Shown here: piece by piece, positions 21,239 to 34,366 of the stretch
Layout: each line of letters begins with the position of its first letter
Numbering within the stretch: position 1 is the stretch's first letter
Source: Yuukianura sp. NJ FZ-2021
Taxonomy: Eukaryota
NCBI GenBank assembly: GCA_046563655.1
Contig: CM102283.1
Coordinates: forward strand, 1,798,001 to 1,862,000
Direction of reading: 5' to 3'
DNA: 64,000 nt
Translations under genes and position numbers: made by a program
Notes under the pieces: model-generated
What the model was told of the DNA's origin: nothing
Seen by the model: the letters and a program-made list of their open reading frames with translations, nothing else
Database searches by the model: none

Positions 21239-23212
21239 TTAGATTTTGGTTAATCGGAGATACATTCCGCCGTCGGGTTTGAGTGAACTTGCTTTAGAGT
21301 ATTTCATTGGAATCAAAGTTTTGGCGGAAGGTTCAATTTTGAAATTATGAACCAAATACGAAATGACAACTTTAGCTTCTGTTAGAGCGAACCGCATACC
21401 TGTAATTACAAAAGTAATTAAGTAATTACTTTGAAGTAATTAGCAGTTCGTAATTACAAGTCTGTTCAGAGTGTGTAGCCATTACCAATGCAATTGCGTG
21501 GTCCTTGTCCAAATGGTAGAAAAGCGTACGGGTTGATTTTGCTTTTGTTCTCGGGCGAAAATCTTTCGGGGTTAAATTTTTCCGGTTCTGGATAAAAATC
21601 TGAATCCATATGAAAACCAATGAAGGGAAACAAAACTCCCTCATTTTTCATTATCACATGATCAACGCCCGGAATTTTGTAGTCAATTGAACAACTACGA
21701 TCAGATACAGCTGCTGGTGGGTACAGCCGCAACGTTTCTATTGAAAAATTGGATTAAAAATATTACATTTTAAAAATTTTGAAAAATTAATTTAAAAAAA
21801 AAAGGCCTGTCTAAAACACGTACCGTTGATAACCATGTCTAAGTAAGTCATTTTGCTCATTCCGTCGTAACTGAATTTCCCTCCGTTTTCTTCCAAAATG
21901 GAATCCACTTCTGCACGTAGTTTGTCCTGAATTTCTGGATTCAGCGCCAGTGCGTATGCGCAGAACAGAAGAAGCGACTGCGTCGTGTCGAATCCCGCCA
22001 GCATGAAAAGAACGCAATTGGCAACAATTGTGTCGTCGTCTAACAAATCGGTGGCAATTGTGGATTTTTTGTCGTCTTTGAGCATGGCATCTTTTTCGAA
22101 AGTGTCCAATTCGGTTTCCTCCGTCTTTAAAGTTCCCGCTCTCGCCTCCAGCATCAACTGCACAAAATCGTCTCGTTTCTCCCCAGTCGATTCGCGCTGT
22201 TTTATCACGCCTTTGATCGCTCCGGAGAAAAAGTCTGAAACCTATAGAAAAAACACATTTGCTATTTCTATTGTGATGTGACTTTCAGGCGTTACATGGC
22301 TTGAGAGACAAAGAAAGAGAGTGTAGAAAAAATAATGAACCCAGTGGGATTCGAACTCACATCTCTCTTAGCCGGGAAGCACTTTAACCCTTGAGCTATC
22401 ATGCCCCCATTAAACGCCAATCTATTTCGACTTTTTTGACCTTTCAAATTTTTTGCAATTCTTACGTCTTTGTTAAAGAACGTGAGTCCAAGAAGCTGTA
22501 CAATTCTTGAAGGCAGCAGCAACATTCCAAACATTTTCAAAATCTGCGTCCCGGTAAACTGGAATTGCAATCCTTGTCCCATTTTTTCGAAAAGCGACGG
22601 TTCTTTTTGGTTGAACGCTTGGCTGTCGATTCCACAGGCAGCAGAAGCAATAATGTCCATCGTAAATTTGGAATATCCCTCCGTCAACTCAATCTCTTCG
22701 TTCCCTGTTCGCTCAATTTCGGAATTCAAAAATTTGATGAATTTGGATCCACTTTGGTCAAAAAGTGAAAACATTCTTTTGATTTTGCCAGTCGTGAAAG
22801 TTGGACTCATTTTGGCTCGTAGTTGTCTCCATTTGTCGCCAGTCATAGCAATCAGCATGTGGGAAAACATGTCGCCTTGTTTCCCACTTGCAAGTTGTCT
22901 TCGATTGACAAAGTGATCAAAATCCTTGACCAGAATTGACTTGGCCAAATCCACATCCGTGACGATGATCGTCTTGAATCCAAAGAGGTTGTGTATGCCC
23001 AACTTCTTGCCGGAATTCTTGATCGTTTTGTACTGAACTAAAAATCTATCTTGAAAATTTTCTCCTCTGATCATATTTTTAATAAGATGAAAAACTGCAT
23101 TTCCAAAGTAATAAAATCCCTTGGCTTCGTAAATGGTCCTTTGTTTAGAATCGTACAAAATGAGACCTAAAACGCCAAAAATCAAAACCGAAGTTAAAAG
23201 GAACAGCCACAT
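21239..23212 (-). CDS. Cytochrome P450, CYP3 clan (CYP9/CYP6-like)
   Basis: N-terminal TM, WRQLR...SPTFT, AGFDTT I-helix, ETLRLYP, FNPERF and PFGQGPRNCIG|MRFA heme motif; 4 exons. Confidence 0.93.
22336..22408 (-). pseudogene. tRNA-derived element or tRNA pseudogene in CYP intron 1
   Basis: Minus strand has an A-box TAGCTCAAGGG, a B-box GTTCGAATCC and a downstream T run. Acceptor and anticodon stems are imperfect. Confidence 0.55.
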
Positions 23213-23957
23213 TTTGATGACAAACGAGAAAAACACAACACCAAAATTGAAAAGTTCAAAATTTCTTGAAAAGTTCGACTCTTATAACTGTTTGTTCTGT
23301 CACACTGAGAATTCGGTTTGTTCCATTTTATGTTTAAATCACTATGATGATGAATTGTGATTTTCCGATACTGACTTTTAGTTGAAGTGTTTTTATCAAA
23401 GTGAAATTGCTTTCAATTGCCAATCTTTTGTTTAGTAGATGTGGCTCACATTCACGTGACCTTCAAGGTCACTATAGTAAAAGTCAAAAAAAAAGTTGCC
23501 GAATTTTACACGCATACCATTCCAGTGTTTAGTTTGCGCCCAATTGCAAAACAAAAATCCTTATGAGCTTTTTTTTTAGCAACAACAAAATCTAAAGAGT
23601 TTTTTTTATTTTCACTTTAGTTTGATTTCGGTGTTAACTTAACTAACCCGCACTTGTCCGTTCAAAAGTTTAAGCTTTTGAATTTTTTTTTGAAAATTTG
23701 AAAAAAATCATTTTAGATTTTGCTTAAGATTTTATTGCTCCCAAATGCATTCTCGGGCGAAACGCCTTCCTGAATTTGGAAAATTTCTGAATCGGATTGA
23801 AATGCGACAAACTTAGCATATCTGTAATCGGACAAACTCTTGAATAAAGGTAGGTCATAATTTGGATGATCGATTAACGATAAAACAGGTTCCTTAAGTG
23901 TTTTTCTTTGATGGACTTGATTCTGTTTGTGTTGTTGAACGTTTCCAATCATCGTTT

Positions 23958-24045
23958 GGGCGTGTAGCTCAGTTGGTAGAGCGTTCGCTTAGCATTTAAT
24001 TGGCTAGCATGTGAAAGGCCGTGGTTTCGACTGCCACCTCGTCCA
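23958..24045 (+). tRNA. tRNA-Ala(AGC) with a 15-nt insertion at the canonical intron position
   Basis: Identical to the minus-strand copy apart from 15 extra nt (23995-24009). G3:U70 pair and a poly-T terminator are present. Confidence 0.75.
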
Positions 24046-24109
24046 AAGTTTTTTTTTTCGTATTTTAAAAGTTAAAACAACATTATTTTGTGGAATTAAA
24101 AAAAAAGTT

Positions 24110-24182
24110 TGGACGAGGTGGCAGTCGAAACCACGGCCTTTCACATGCTAAGCGAACGCTCTACCAACTGAGCTACACGCCC
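24110..24182 (-). tRNA. tRNA-Ala(AGC)
   Basis: 73-nt cloverleaf GGGCGTG...CTCGTCCA, anticodon arm TTCGC-TTAGCAT-GTGAA, G3:U70 and a poly-T terminator. Confidence 0.9.
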
Positions 24183-24463
24183 AAGAGTTGTGAGTGGTGT
24201 TGCAAATTGTAGTCTTTGATGTTGGGGAGAAATTTTTTGGCGTTACCGACACACTTTTTGTTGTATAAGTTTACCCACGGGGTGTAGGAATTACGAAATT
24301 GAGCGGGAATTCAAAAATTTTGTTTTGGTTTTCAAAAATTTGTCAATTCAATCGTTTTTTCATTTCAAAAATCAAAGTTTATGTTTAAAGTTTAACATTA
24401 TTATTCCTAGTAAAACAACAAACCATAAAGTATTTTTAATCGATTGATCACATCCTTTCAACC

Positions 24464-27400
24464 ATGGAGGCAGACATAAGTTTTGTAGATCTCGTAAGTA
24501 GTAGTTCTCAATTGCAATTAATTTTTCCTGTAAATTATAAGCATGCGGCTAACGCCTGCTACGGACTTACTGTGCTGCTGCTGTGCTGTTGCCGTGCCAT
24601 CCCCGTGCTTTGCATTGTTAGCATCCTAACTTCCCAATTTTTAGCGGAAGCACAACATGCTCTCTGCTTACCGTGCTCATACTCTGTTCAAATTTCATCC
24701 GGTAAGTTAGGATCGAATCGGTAAGTTTTCTTGCATTTTTGCAAGCAAAGCACTGGTTTCCCACTCAAAAGTCATTTTTAAATCACTATTTAATAAAAAA
24801 TGTCAGATTTGTGTTCTCCATACACGAATTAGTCTAAAAACTGATTTTCATCAAAATCAAGCAAAAAACAAAGTTTCAAAAAAAAAATTTTTTTTTTAAA
24901 AGTTTTTGAGAGCGGGACAAAAAAATAGTTTTTCGTGTTCAGGGGTCCATAAGGTATTTTAGAAAAAAAATTTAAAAAATCCGAGTCACATGCTGAAAGT
25001 AATATTTTTCCCAACTATCTCCACCAACAGTTTCATGGGCTCTTCATGACGAAAATAAGGTCGTCGTCCACTGGCACCGCGATAGGTCAAGGGCCAAAGG
25101 TCAAAGGCCGTCATGCTTTACGTCAATCGACTCCACTTGGTCTCCCCTTTCGATTGAAATACTATATGCCTATGCTTCCTTTGATTTCCCATGAGGTCAC
25201 TGCGCCGGTGTCAAAGGTCAAAGGTCAGGTCAACATGTGACACAGCCTACGCTTTTCGCAGTGATCTGGCGAAGAAAAGGACACCTCATTTGTCCAAATC
25301 GGTCCAGTAGTTTCGGAAGAGTATTCAGAAAATGAACAAAAAATAATTGTAAAAGAAAATTTGCTCTCGTCGTGCTTCCTCAAAAGTTGCTTCCGTCCCT
25401 ACTTTCAAAAGAGCACGGTAAGAGCAGGAGCACGGTAAGGTAAACGGTAAGTTAGGATGCTTGCCCTTGCTCTGGCGTTGCCTTGGAAAAATGAGGCAGC
25501 ACAGCACGGGGAAGGCACAAGTAAGTTAGGATCGGTAATTTTTAACAAAAACAGCGCAGCAAAGCATCGTCAAGGCAGCAGCACGGTAAGTCCGTACCGA
25601 GCGTAATTGGTATTAAATGGTCCATGAATAGGATACCTAGGATTTCGAAGGTCATTCACTTGGTATGAATTGAGTTTTATGATTTTTTCAGTTATCGGAG
25701 GAGGAGATGGCACACGAGGAAGAGATCCTAAGGAATCCGTTTTCAGTGAAGCACTGGATGCGTTACATTGAATTTCTACGCAGTGACAGAAAGGCCACGC
25801 GAAAACGTCCACAACGTGTCAACATGGTATATGAACGGGCTCTCAAACAGCTCCCAGGATCGTATAAGTTGTGGCATGCTTACCTTACTTTTCGTAAGGG
25901 ACAAACGATTAACAAAGGGCCCCGTGACCCTGTAATGCAAGTAAGGCAAAGAAATTTCTAAATCAATTCACAGTTAATTTGAAGTGATTCTAACAAAGAC
26001 GTGTTGTAGGAACTATTCGCAACGTTTGAGCGAGCTTTGGTATTTATGAACAAGATGCCTCGAGTGTGGATTGAATACTGTGATTTTGCTGTAAAAACGG
26101 GACAAGTCACTCGTACCAGACGAGTATTCGATAGAGCTTTGAGGTCCCTACCAGTTACACAACATCATCGTATTTGGCCTGCCTACTTGGATTTTGTAAC
26201 AAACAAGCACCATATTCCAGAAACAGCGATGCGAGTTTACAAAAGATATCTCAAGGTAAGCAGTAACACGCCTTAGGAGATTCAAAACATTTTTAACGCA
26301 GCCCAAGATATCATACACCATTTTGTCCTTTCCATTTTTAGCTGTGTCCAGAAAATGCAGAAGATTACATCGAGTATCTGCTAACAGTGAACCAGTTGGA
26401 TGAAGCCGCCCTTCGACTTGCCGAGCTTGTCAATAATGAAAAATTTACTTCACGGAAGGTACTAAATACTAAACTACTGCTATTTATTTAACGAAATTAC
26501 TTCACTTCTGCTAATTTATGCTTAAGATTGAGTGTTATTTTGACTATCTTTTGGTTTTGTATTTCCAGGGCAAGTCCAATTACATGCTCTGGTCGGAGCT
26601 TTGTAACATCATATGCCGCAATCCCAAGGAAATTACTTCACTCGACGTCGATGCCATTATGCGCAGTGCTCTCAATCGCTATACTGATCAGATTGGGTCA
26701 CTCTGGACAGGCCTGGCTGACTATTATGTTCGGTCCGGCTTATTTGAACGGGTGAGTTTGCTCAGTTACTGGCAAAAGTTTTATGATAACTTAGAAGTTT
26801 TTGTTTTCAAAACTAATTTACTCTGCTTTGTTAGGCTCGAGATATTTACGAAGAGGGAATCCGAAGTGTTCAAACAGTACGCGACTTTTCTCAAATCTTT
26901 GACGCTTATGCCCAATTTGAAGAAGTTGCACTTTCCAAGTTGATGGAATCAGAGGATGTGGATGACGACGTTATAGAACTCCGATTAGCTCGAATGGAAC
27001 ACATGATCGAACGACGCCCATTGCTGCTCAACTCGGTCCTTCTGCGTCAAAATCCACACAATGTCAACGAATGGCTGAAACGCGTTGAACTTTTGAAAGA
27101 CAAACCACGAGAGGTAAGTAAAGATTCCAACATTTTTGGACAGCATCAGCATCTGAACCTTTTTTCGTGATTGTTTAGGTAATCGTGGCTTTTACCGACG
27201 GAGTTCAAACTGTAAATCCAAGAGAAGCTGTTGGTAAACTCAATCAACTGTGGATTGAATTTGCCAAATTCTACGAACAAGCAAAACAACTGGAAGATGC
27301 TCGACTAATTTTCGAGAAAGGGACTCAAGTCCCGTATATGAAAGTGGATGACTTGGCTCATGTGTGGTGTGAGTGGGCCGAAATGGAGTTACGCCACAAG

Positions 27401-30400
27401 TAAGTTAATCAAAAACACAAAGTAATCGATGACTAATCGTAATCAACATTGTAATCGATTGTTTTCGATTTTTTTTTCAAAAGCAACCACAAGGAAGCTC
27501 TTCGTCTCCTTTACACAGCAACGACTCCTCTGCCTGGTCCGAAAGCTGCATACAGCGATGAATCTTCAACAGTTCAAGCTCGGCTCTACAAAAATTTAAA
27601 ACTTTGGTCCTTTTATGCCGATTTGGAAGAGTCTTTCGGAACTTTCAAAACTTGCAAATCCGTGTACGACAGAATCATTGACCTAAGAATAGCCAGTCCT
27701 CAGATTATTATGAACTACGGTCTGTTCCTGGAAGAAAACAATTACTTTGAAGAGGCATTCAAGGCTTATGAAAAAGGAATTTCACTGTTCAAGTGGCCGC
27801 ATGTCTATGACTTATGGAACACATACTTGTCTAAGTTTCTGGATCGATATGGTGGTGAAAAGCTGGAGAGAGCGAGAGACTTGTTTGAACAGTGTTTGGA
27901 TACTGTTCCACCGGAATTTGCCAAAAACTTTTACTTGCTCTATGCAAAACTGGAAGAGAAGCATGGTGGAGCCAGGAGGTCGATGAACATTTACGAAAAA
28001 GCCACAACAGCAGTTGATAAAAAGGATCAGTACCAAGTACGTACACAAATATTTAAAAAAATTTAAGTCTAACTTGTTAACTTTTTCAAAATTTTTCAAC
28101 TTTTTAAAATTATGTTTTAACTTGTTTAACTTTTTTCAGATGTTCAACATCTACATTCAAAAGGCAGCGACGTTGTACGGTGTGACCAAAACCCGCCCAA
28201 TATTTGAATCTGCAATGGAAACGTTGAGTGACGCCGACGCACGACAAATGGGCATCAGATTTGCTGAGTTGGAAACGAAACTTGGAGAAATTGACCGAGC
28301 ACGAGCGATTTTTGCCCATACTTCTCAAATCTGCGATCCTAGGGTAAGAAATATCTTTAATTTTTTAATTACTAATCATACATGGACGAATGGATGGGAG
28401 TTAGTGCTTACTTTTTGGCGGAAGAGTTTAAAATCGTCTGAATTGTTTTTTAAACTTTTCGAAATGGAAGTCATCCGTGGCTTTGTCTCCCTTCTCCTTC
28501 TTTTGTGTGGTTTCAAGCTCCTCTGGTTCAGCCCCAACCACGACCACTTTTTTCTTTGCTTTTTCTGGTTCTGGTGCTTTCCGTTTCGGTGCATTCTTGG
28601 AAGAATTTGGTTCTTCTATGTTAACTAAATCCCAAAATACAATCTTTTTAGCTGGAGTGCATTGAATTTTTGAATGATTGAATGAATTTGTGTAAGACTT
28701 ACACCGGTTGTGCTGTACAAAATTAACGGCCATGTTGGTAGGTACGAATTGCGAAGGAAGCTCTTTCTTGCTCAAGCGATCTTTCAGTATCTTCTGTTTG
28801 GCTTCTTCTGTCGCTTCGATGTTGCGAATTTTTACTCTAAGAAAAATGTTAAGTTAGATCATTTGATAATGATTGATTAGCATAACCTAACTTAAGTTAA
28901 TTTGGTTAAGCTAGTGATTATGCTGGCGTTTATGTTGTAGTTCAGATTTGCAACTTACTCTATTCCAAGATCGATTTCTGGAATTCCACTAAGCATTTGG
29001 TTGGACAGCATTTCTTCGTTTTTGTGAACTCCGGACTTTCGTAAATACTCGGGTAGGGACATGAGAGCTGCTTCTTCTGGTGATAGGAACTTTGGTGACT
29101 CTTCGGTTTCCTCTGTCGTTTGTTGTGTAGCTTTCTTCCGCTCGTGTAATTTGGCTTCAATGTACTTTAACCTAAGTAGTTAGGAGTAATCAATTATTAG
29201 ATTTTCTACTAATATCAAGTAAGTTTTTAAGCAGGATTTGAAGTTTTACATTTCAGCGTCTTCGTCTCTTGTATGTGTTTCAGCTGAGAACTGTGTTCCA
29301 ATCCCAGTGTCGTAGGCATCGTCATCTTGTTTAAAGTTTCCGCTTTTGAGGGCGTCCATGTCGATCATTCCGCCAGTTAGGGTCTTGAATGGATCTGTCT
29401 GAAAGTTTGGGACACTTTAGTTGATAATCAAAGTAATCAATTATAGTCGGGCTACTCTCAAGATCCTAAGTTTTCTGTGGTTGGGAAAAAATACAACTCT
29501 CACTTCATGGGTTGCACTCAATTCCACTTTGGGCACCTCAATGAGTATTCTCATTGATCTGCCCATACCAGCCAGCGCGGGAAGGGTGGAATCCGTGAAG
29601 TGAGAGTTGTATTTTTTCCCAACCACAGAAAACTTAGGATCTTGAGAGTAGCCCGAGTATAACTACTAATCATAAGTAATCTAGTACTTGGGGATGAAGG
29701 TGCTTACTAAAAGAATTTCTTCTTCCTTGGCTACTTTTTTGCCGAGTGCCAACGAAGCTGCACTAACTCCATATGGTCTGTCCCGGAGGCGCTTCAATTC
29801 CTTTGCCATTTCGATCTTTTGACTAAAATGAAAGAAATAGTTGCAAAGTTCTAATTTTTAGTTGGTACCAAGATGTAAAAATTATGATGTGACTTGAATT
29901 CCGTCGTAAGCTATGGTTATGCTTACGCTAAATCAGCGTCTGACTCTTCTGTCGTTGACGGCTGAACGTCGCCAGGGTGTGGTTCATTCGAAGGACTTGC
30001 TTCCCTTTGACGTAGGTTTCGTCTCGCCTTCTTTTTGAATACGATTGGGTCGTCCATTTTTAAAACTAAAAAAAACGATAAGAAAACATTGAATTTAAAT
30101 TGCACTGTAAAGTTTTTTTTCCAGTTGGATGCGATAGCACTTACTTGATTATCTTCCGGTGCTCTGCTTTCGTCGGTTTCCTTTCTATTAAATTAGGATT
30201 AATTAACGTTTCGTTAATTCTGTTTGTAGATTTTCGAAAATTGCGTGCAATTTGAACCTTGAACGTTTACGAAAAAAAAAAAGTTTCGGCAATTTTCATT
30301 TTCAAAAAGTAAAACATAAAATCGCAGCTGAGAAAACATTCAATTTAATTTTGGCGCGCTTTCAATTTTGAATACGCGATGACACAAAGATGTAATCAAA

Positions 30401-31061
30401 CGAAGAATGGGACAATAGAAATGTTTTATTGCATTAAAAATGTTTAATTAGTGTACTTTAAATAATTAACTACATTTCTTTTTGATTGTTACAGGTTGCT
30501 GGAGAGTTCTGGGCAGCATGGAAGGACTTTGAAGTTCGACATGGAAATGAAGACACGATACGCGAAATGCTGCGAATCAAACGTTCTATCCAAGCACTCT
30601 ACAATACCCAATTCACAGCCAACTTGATTTCACAGCAAACAGCACAGAGCCTTGGCGATGCCATTAATGCTGCAGCAGAGGCTAAAGGCGCTGAAGGTCA
30701 ACGGGTTGACCCGATGGCCAACTTGGTTCAGCAGCAACTTCAAGGACCACCGAAACGAGCTGGGGACGTGTCGTTTGTCAGGGGAGAAACACTGCTTCAA
30801 CCGTCCTCGGTTTCGGATAAAACTGAAAACCCAGATGAAATTCAGTTGGATGAGGATGATGACGAGGATGAGGATCAAGAGAGGTCAAAGGGTAAGAAAA
30901 ATTGACATTTAACACTATGAAAAAAGTAGTAAGAAAAAAGTAGTTTATTGAATTTGTGTTTTTGTTAAGGTGAAATGGAAGTTGAAGTGGAAAATGTTCA
31001 CATTCCGTCTGAAGTTTTTGGCTCCTTGAAGCCGAAAGGAGCGGAAGACGATGAAGATTAA
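24464..31061 (+). CDS. XAB2: Pre-mRNA-splicing factor SYF1 (HAT repeats)
   Basis: EEEILRNPFSVKHW, LPGSYKLW, KMPRVW, LLRQNPHNV, ERARDLFEQ and FEVRHGNEDTIREMLRIKRS. Exon 1 MEADISFVDL|gt splices in phase. Confidence 0.95.
24560..25596. repeat. Composite repeat bounded by inverted repeats in XAB2 intron 1
   Basis: TACGGACTTACTGTGCTGCTGC pairs with GCAGCAGCACGGTAAGTCCGTA, with internal GTAAGTTAGGAT subrepeats. No clear TSD. Confidence 0.5.
28428..30057 (-). CDS. C9orf78: C9orf78/Tls1-like splicing factor, nested antisense in an XAB2 intron
   Basis: FSAETHTRDEDAEM, MLSGIPEIDLG, FVPTNMAVNFVQHNR and C-terminal KATDDFHFEKFKKQFRRF*. Confidence 0.9.
29444..29659. mobile_element. MITE with probable TA TSD (Tc1/mariner-like)
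   Basis: Inverted arms of ~65-70 bp (TCGGGCTACTCTCAAGATCCTAAGTTTTCTGTGG...) flanked by TA, inside a C9orf78 intron. Confidence 0.75.
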
Positions 31062-34000
31062 ACGAAAGTAGAAGATTATAAGAAAGAAGGCGGTTTTGTT
31101 GAACAGCTTGAAAAAATTGGCAGTATAACTCGACTTCTTGACCCTCCTTCTTGTTGCTCTCAGAATCAAGATGAGTGAAAAAAAGTGACAGATTAATGGT
31201 TGACCGATTAGAGCGACAGGCTTATTACGATGTCACCATCACTGTCACGGTCAAACCAGTGATGGTGACGACGGAAGAGAGCAAGTTTTTGCATCAATTT
31301 TTTTTTCAAAATGTAAACAAATCCTGCCCACCCTGACTTTGCAAGTCGAGGTCAATTTCAGAATAAAATGTCGACTTCCAAAATGATTCTTTCGAAGTCC
31401 ACTTTTTAGTCCGACTGAAACCTACAACTGGTCCATGTCTCTCCTCCAGAAAATGGACACACCCAAAGATGCATGCAACTCATACACACATCATTCTTCC
31501 TACAATCCTTGCATCTTCCTGACTACTTTCCATCCAATACCAATACCTTTTTACTACGGTAACTTTTATTTGTAGTACTACTATGTTGGATAAGTTAGGT
31601 TTAGCGCATGTTTTAATGCATTTTCCCCTTAACGTAGTACAGTGAACTACTGCAGTGCTATCGCTATGTACTACCATGGTAAAGCTTTGGTTTAGGAATG
31701 GAGTCGAGTGGTGGGACAGTGGGAGGGAGAGGAATAGGAATGGAACCAACCAGAAACAATACTTTGCTAAATCTACGGAAAAATCACACAAGGGTTAATG
31801 TTTTGAGCATGGAGCCAGGCTCTGGATCGGAGTCAGAGCTGACAAGTGACCTGAGCTGGGTCAATGACCTCTGTTGACCTCTCACTTTAAGCTAAATGAC
31901 TATGATAGAACAGAGATATGCTGTGATATATGCTTATGATGAGCATATACATATAGCTTTACTTCCCCTCTCAACCTAAATCTCACCCACCTCACTCCCC
32001 CTTTCCTCTCTTTTGACTCTTTCGACCAAAGTGGAAGGAAGACGAACCTAATAGAAAGTGCCTCCAAGTTAAATCCGTTACCAAAGGTCACCAGTGGACA
32101 AACTGGGGTCAACTCTACACCGGACTCTGTTGGCCCAACGTACTCCATCACCCTATTCTGGTAATTGAGGTAATTTGATTAACTTTGAGCCCACTACTTA
32201 CCACTACACCTAACAGACACCCAATTCAGCACAGGGTTAGTCAGATACCCGGGTTCTAGTGACCTGATAAGGCCCTACAGTGACCAACTAAGGTCACAGT
32301 GACCCTTATTGACCCTTACGAGGCTCCGTTTTGAGCCATTCTGGTTCTGACAGAAGACTAGAGTCTGAAAGCATTGAATTTAGTAGATTTGGCATGATGG
32401 CTGAGGGAAAATAGGAATTTTGGTAAAGAAAGCGCAGCAGAACCAGCATAGGATAGAGGCTCTCTCCTATTTGGTTAGGTTGGTTAGGCTATGTACGTTA
32501 GGCTATAAGCTGGGACTTGTCGTGTGATGTGTATGTTGGCCGAAACTCCACCTTCCCAAGGCAGGATCTTCCTTGTGCGATCCAACGTTGTACTTTATAC
32601 ACCAAACCAACCAAAGTCAGCAGCTTCGCAAGCCCCAAAAAGTCCCCCCATGTTGCTATCCAAGACACTGAGGAGTCGGCTGTGCTAACGTTAACGTTAT
32701 GGAGACTCTTTCTCTCGTTGGAATCGTCCAGACGATACTTGAAAGTGTGGGATGGATGCTGTAGAGCTGAAAGTCTGAGCGTGTCAGGTAGAACGTGGCC
32801 CACCCACTTTCTGAATCCAAGCTGCCTCTGTGTCATTGGGCAATCCACTTGGACACGAGGAGTGACTTTTGTGGGCCTAGGTTAGGCATTAGGCTACGCT
32901 GGATAGTCGCAGTCGCTTTGTCGATGCTGCTGCAACTGCAGTTGGAGCCGAGCTCTTGCTTGGATTAACTGCAGCAAAAGCGCGAAGAAATCACTACGAC
33001 AACAACGAACTCGGAGGAGATAGAGCCACCGACCGGAAGTAGGGATGTCGCACTCCGGATTTCTGAAGTGGATGTTTATTGTCGTAAAGTAGCGCAAGAT
33101 GAATCGGATGTCAAGTTAGCATGCGGATGTGAAGCGACATGGCGGTGTGACATGGAGTAACGCATAACATGCAGAATGTCGCTGATGGTGTGAATGTGAC
33201 ATGGCACGGATGTCACTGAATTCTGAATTCTCTCGCAATTTTGAAATTTTGATTTTGATTCCACATTTCATTTCCGCTCAACTTTTTTTTAAGTTCCTCG
33301 TGAGATTCAGATTACATGATGTAAACATAAGTCATTTTCAGAAAGGCACAGGGGCAGGGGATGAAGAAGCAAGGGCACATCGTCACCTAATCTTACCATA
33401 CCACCAAGGGCACATTTTCTACCATACGAGTTCTATTCTTGAAGTCCAAAGTCCGTTTCCAATGGAAACTTTTCACTTTCCTTCTGAATTGAATCTAAAT
33501 CCGATGATAATACCCGGCCTCGGCCAGAATCCCTTGTACAAACTCTTCTGCTTTACTGTTTCTTATAGAATGAATTCGATTTCCAATTTTATTCACACCC
33601 ACCCTCTGCCCGCATCATTTTGGTACACTTTGGGATTCTGCTGGATCTGTTCTATATTTTCATTTGGATAGGCACAAAGTAATCCAAAATGCAATGAATC
33701 CGACTTTAGTCTGTGGTGTCAGTCTGTCAGTGGGTTGAAATGACCAGAGAACAACAAAACCACATAGGCGTCGGAACGACTGTTACGTACATATGAATCT
33801 CCCATCTTAAGCCCACTTATCAACCCTAACCACTTTTGACTTTTGCAATTTGATGAATTTTGGACTAAATTCATGAATGGGGAATGAGCTGCCTCGATTG
33901 TGATTTGTGAGTGAATGATTCAGGCAAATATCGAGTATTTTAGTAAAAAAAAAAAGCTAGTATGAAGCTTATGAAAAAAAACATTCCAAAATCATTATGG

Positions 34001-34366
34001 AAAAACGAACTGAAAATCACGACGATGGGACGTTTTTATTTTGATTTTGAAAACGTTTTTACTACGTTTCTACTACACGCCGACCCGGCAGTTAGTTAAT
34101 CGTAAAAGCGTACTTTTTAGCCCGTCTTTAGAGAGATGGTGAATTTTGTTGCGAGGAAGTGAAAGTTCGCTTTCACTTTGGAGTGTTCCATGCTGAGAAG
34201 TTCGCCTTTAAATGCCATTTTTCATCCCCTATTCAATTTTTTTTTCTTGAATAACCGCGGCAAATGCTCATTTTTTGCTTAGAATTTTCATCTCTAATAA
34301 GGTTTTGTAACCGTAATTGTGTTTTTTTTTGTCTGTGAACAGGATGCGCAGAGGGGGTTACGTAGT

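Noticed and set aside
31480-33671. Short ORFs between XAB2 and BICRA
   Set aside because: No recognisable domains or consistent splice chain. Probably BICRA 5' region and decayed repeats.
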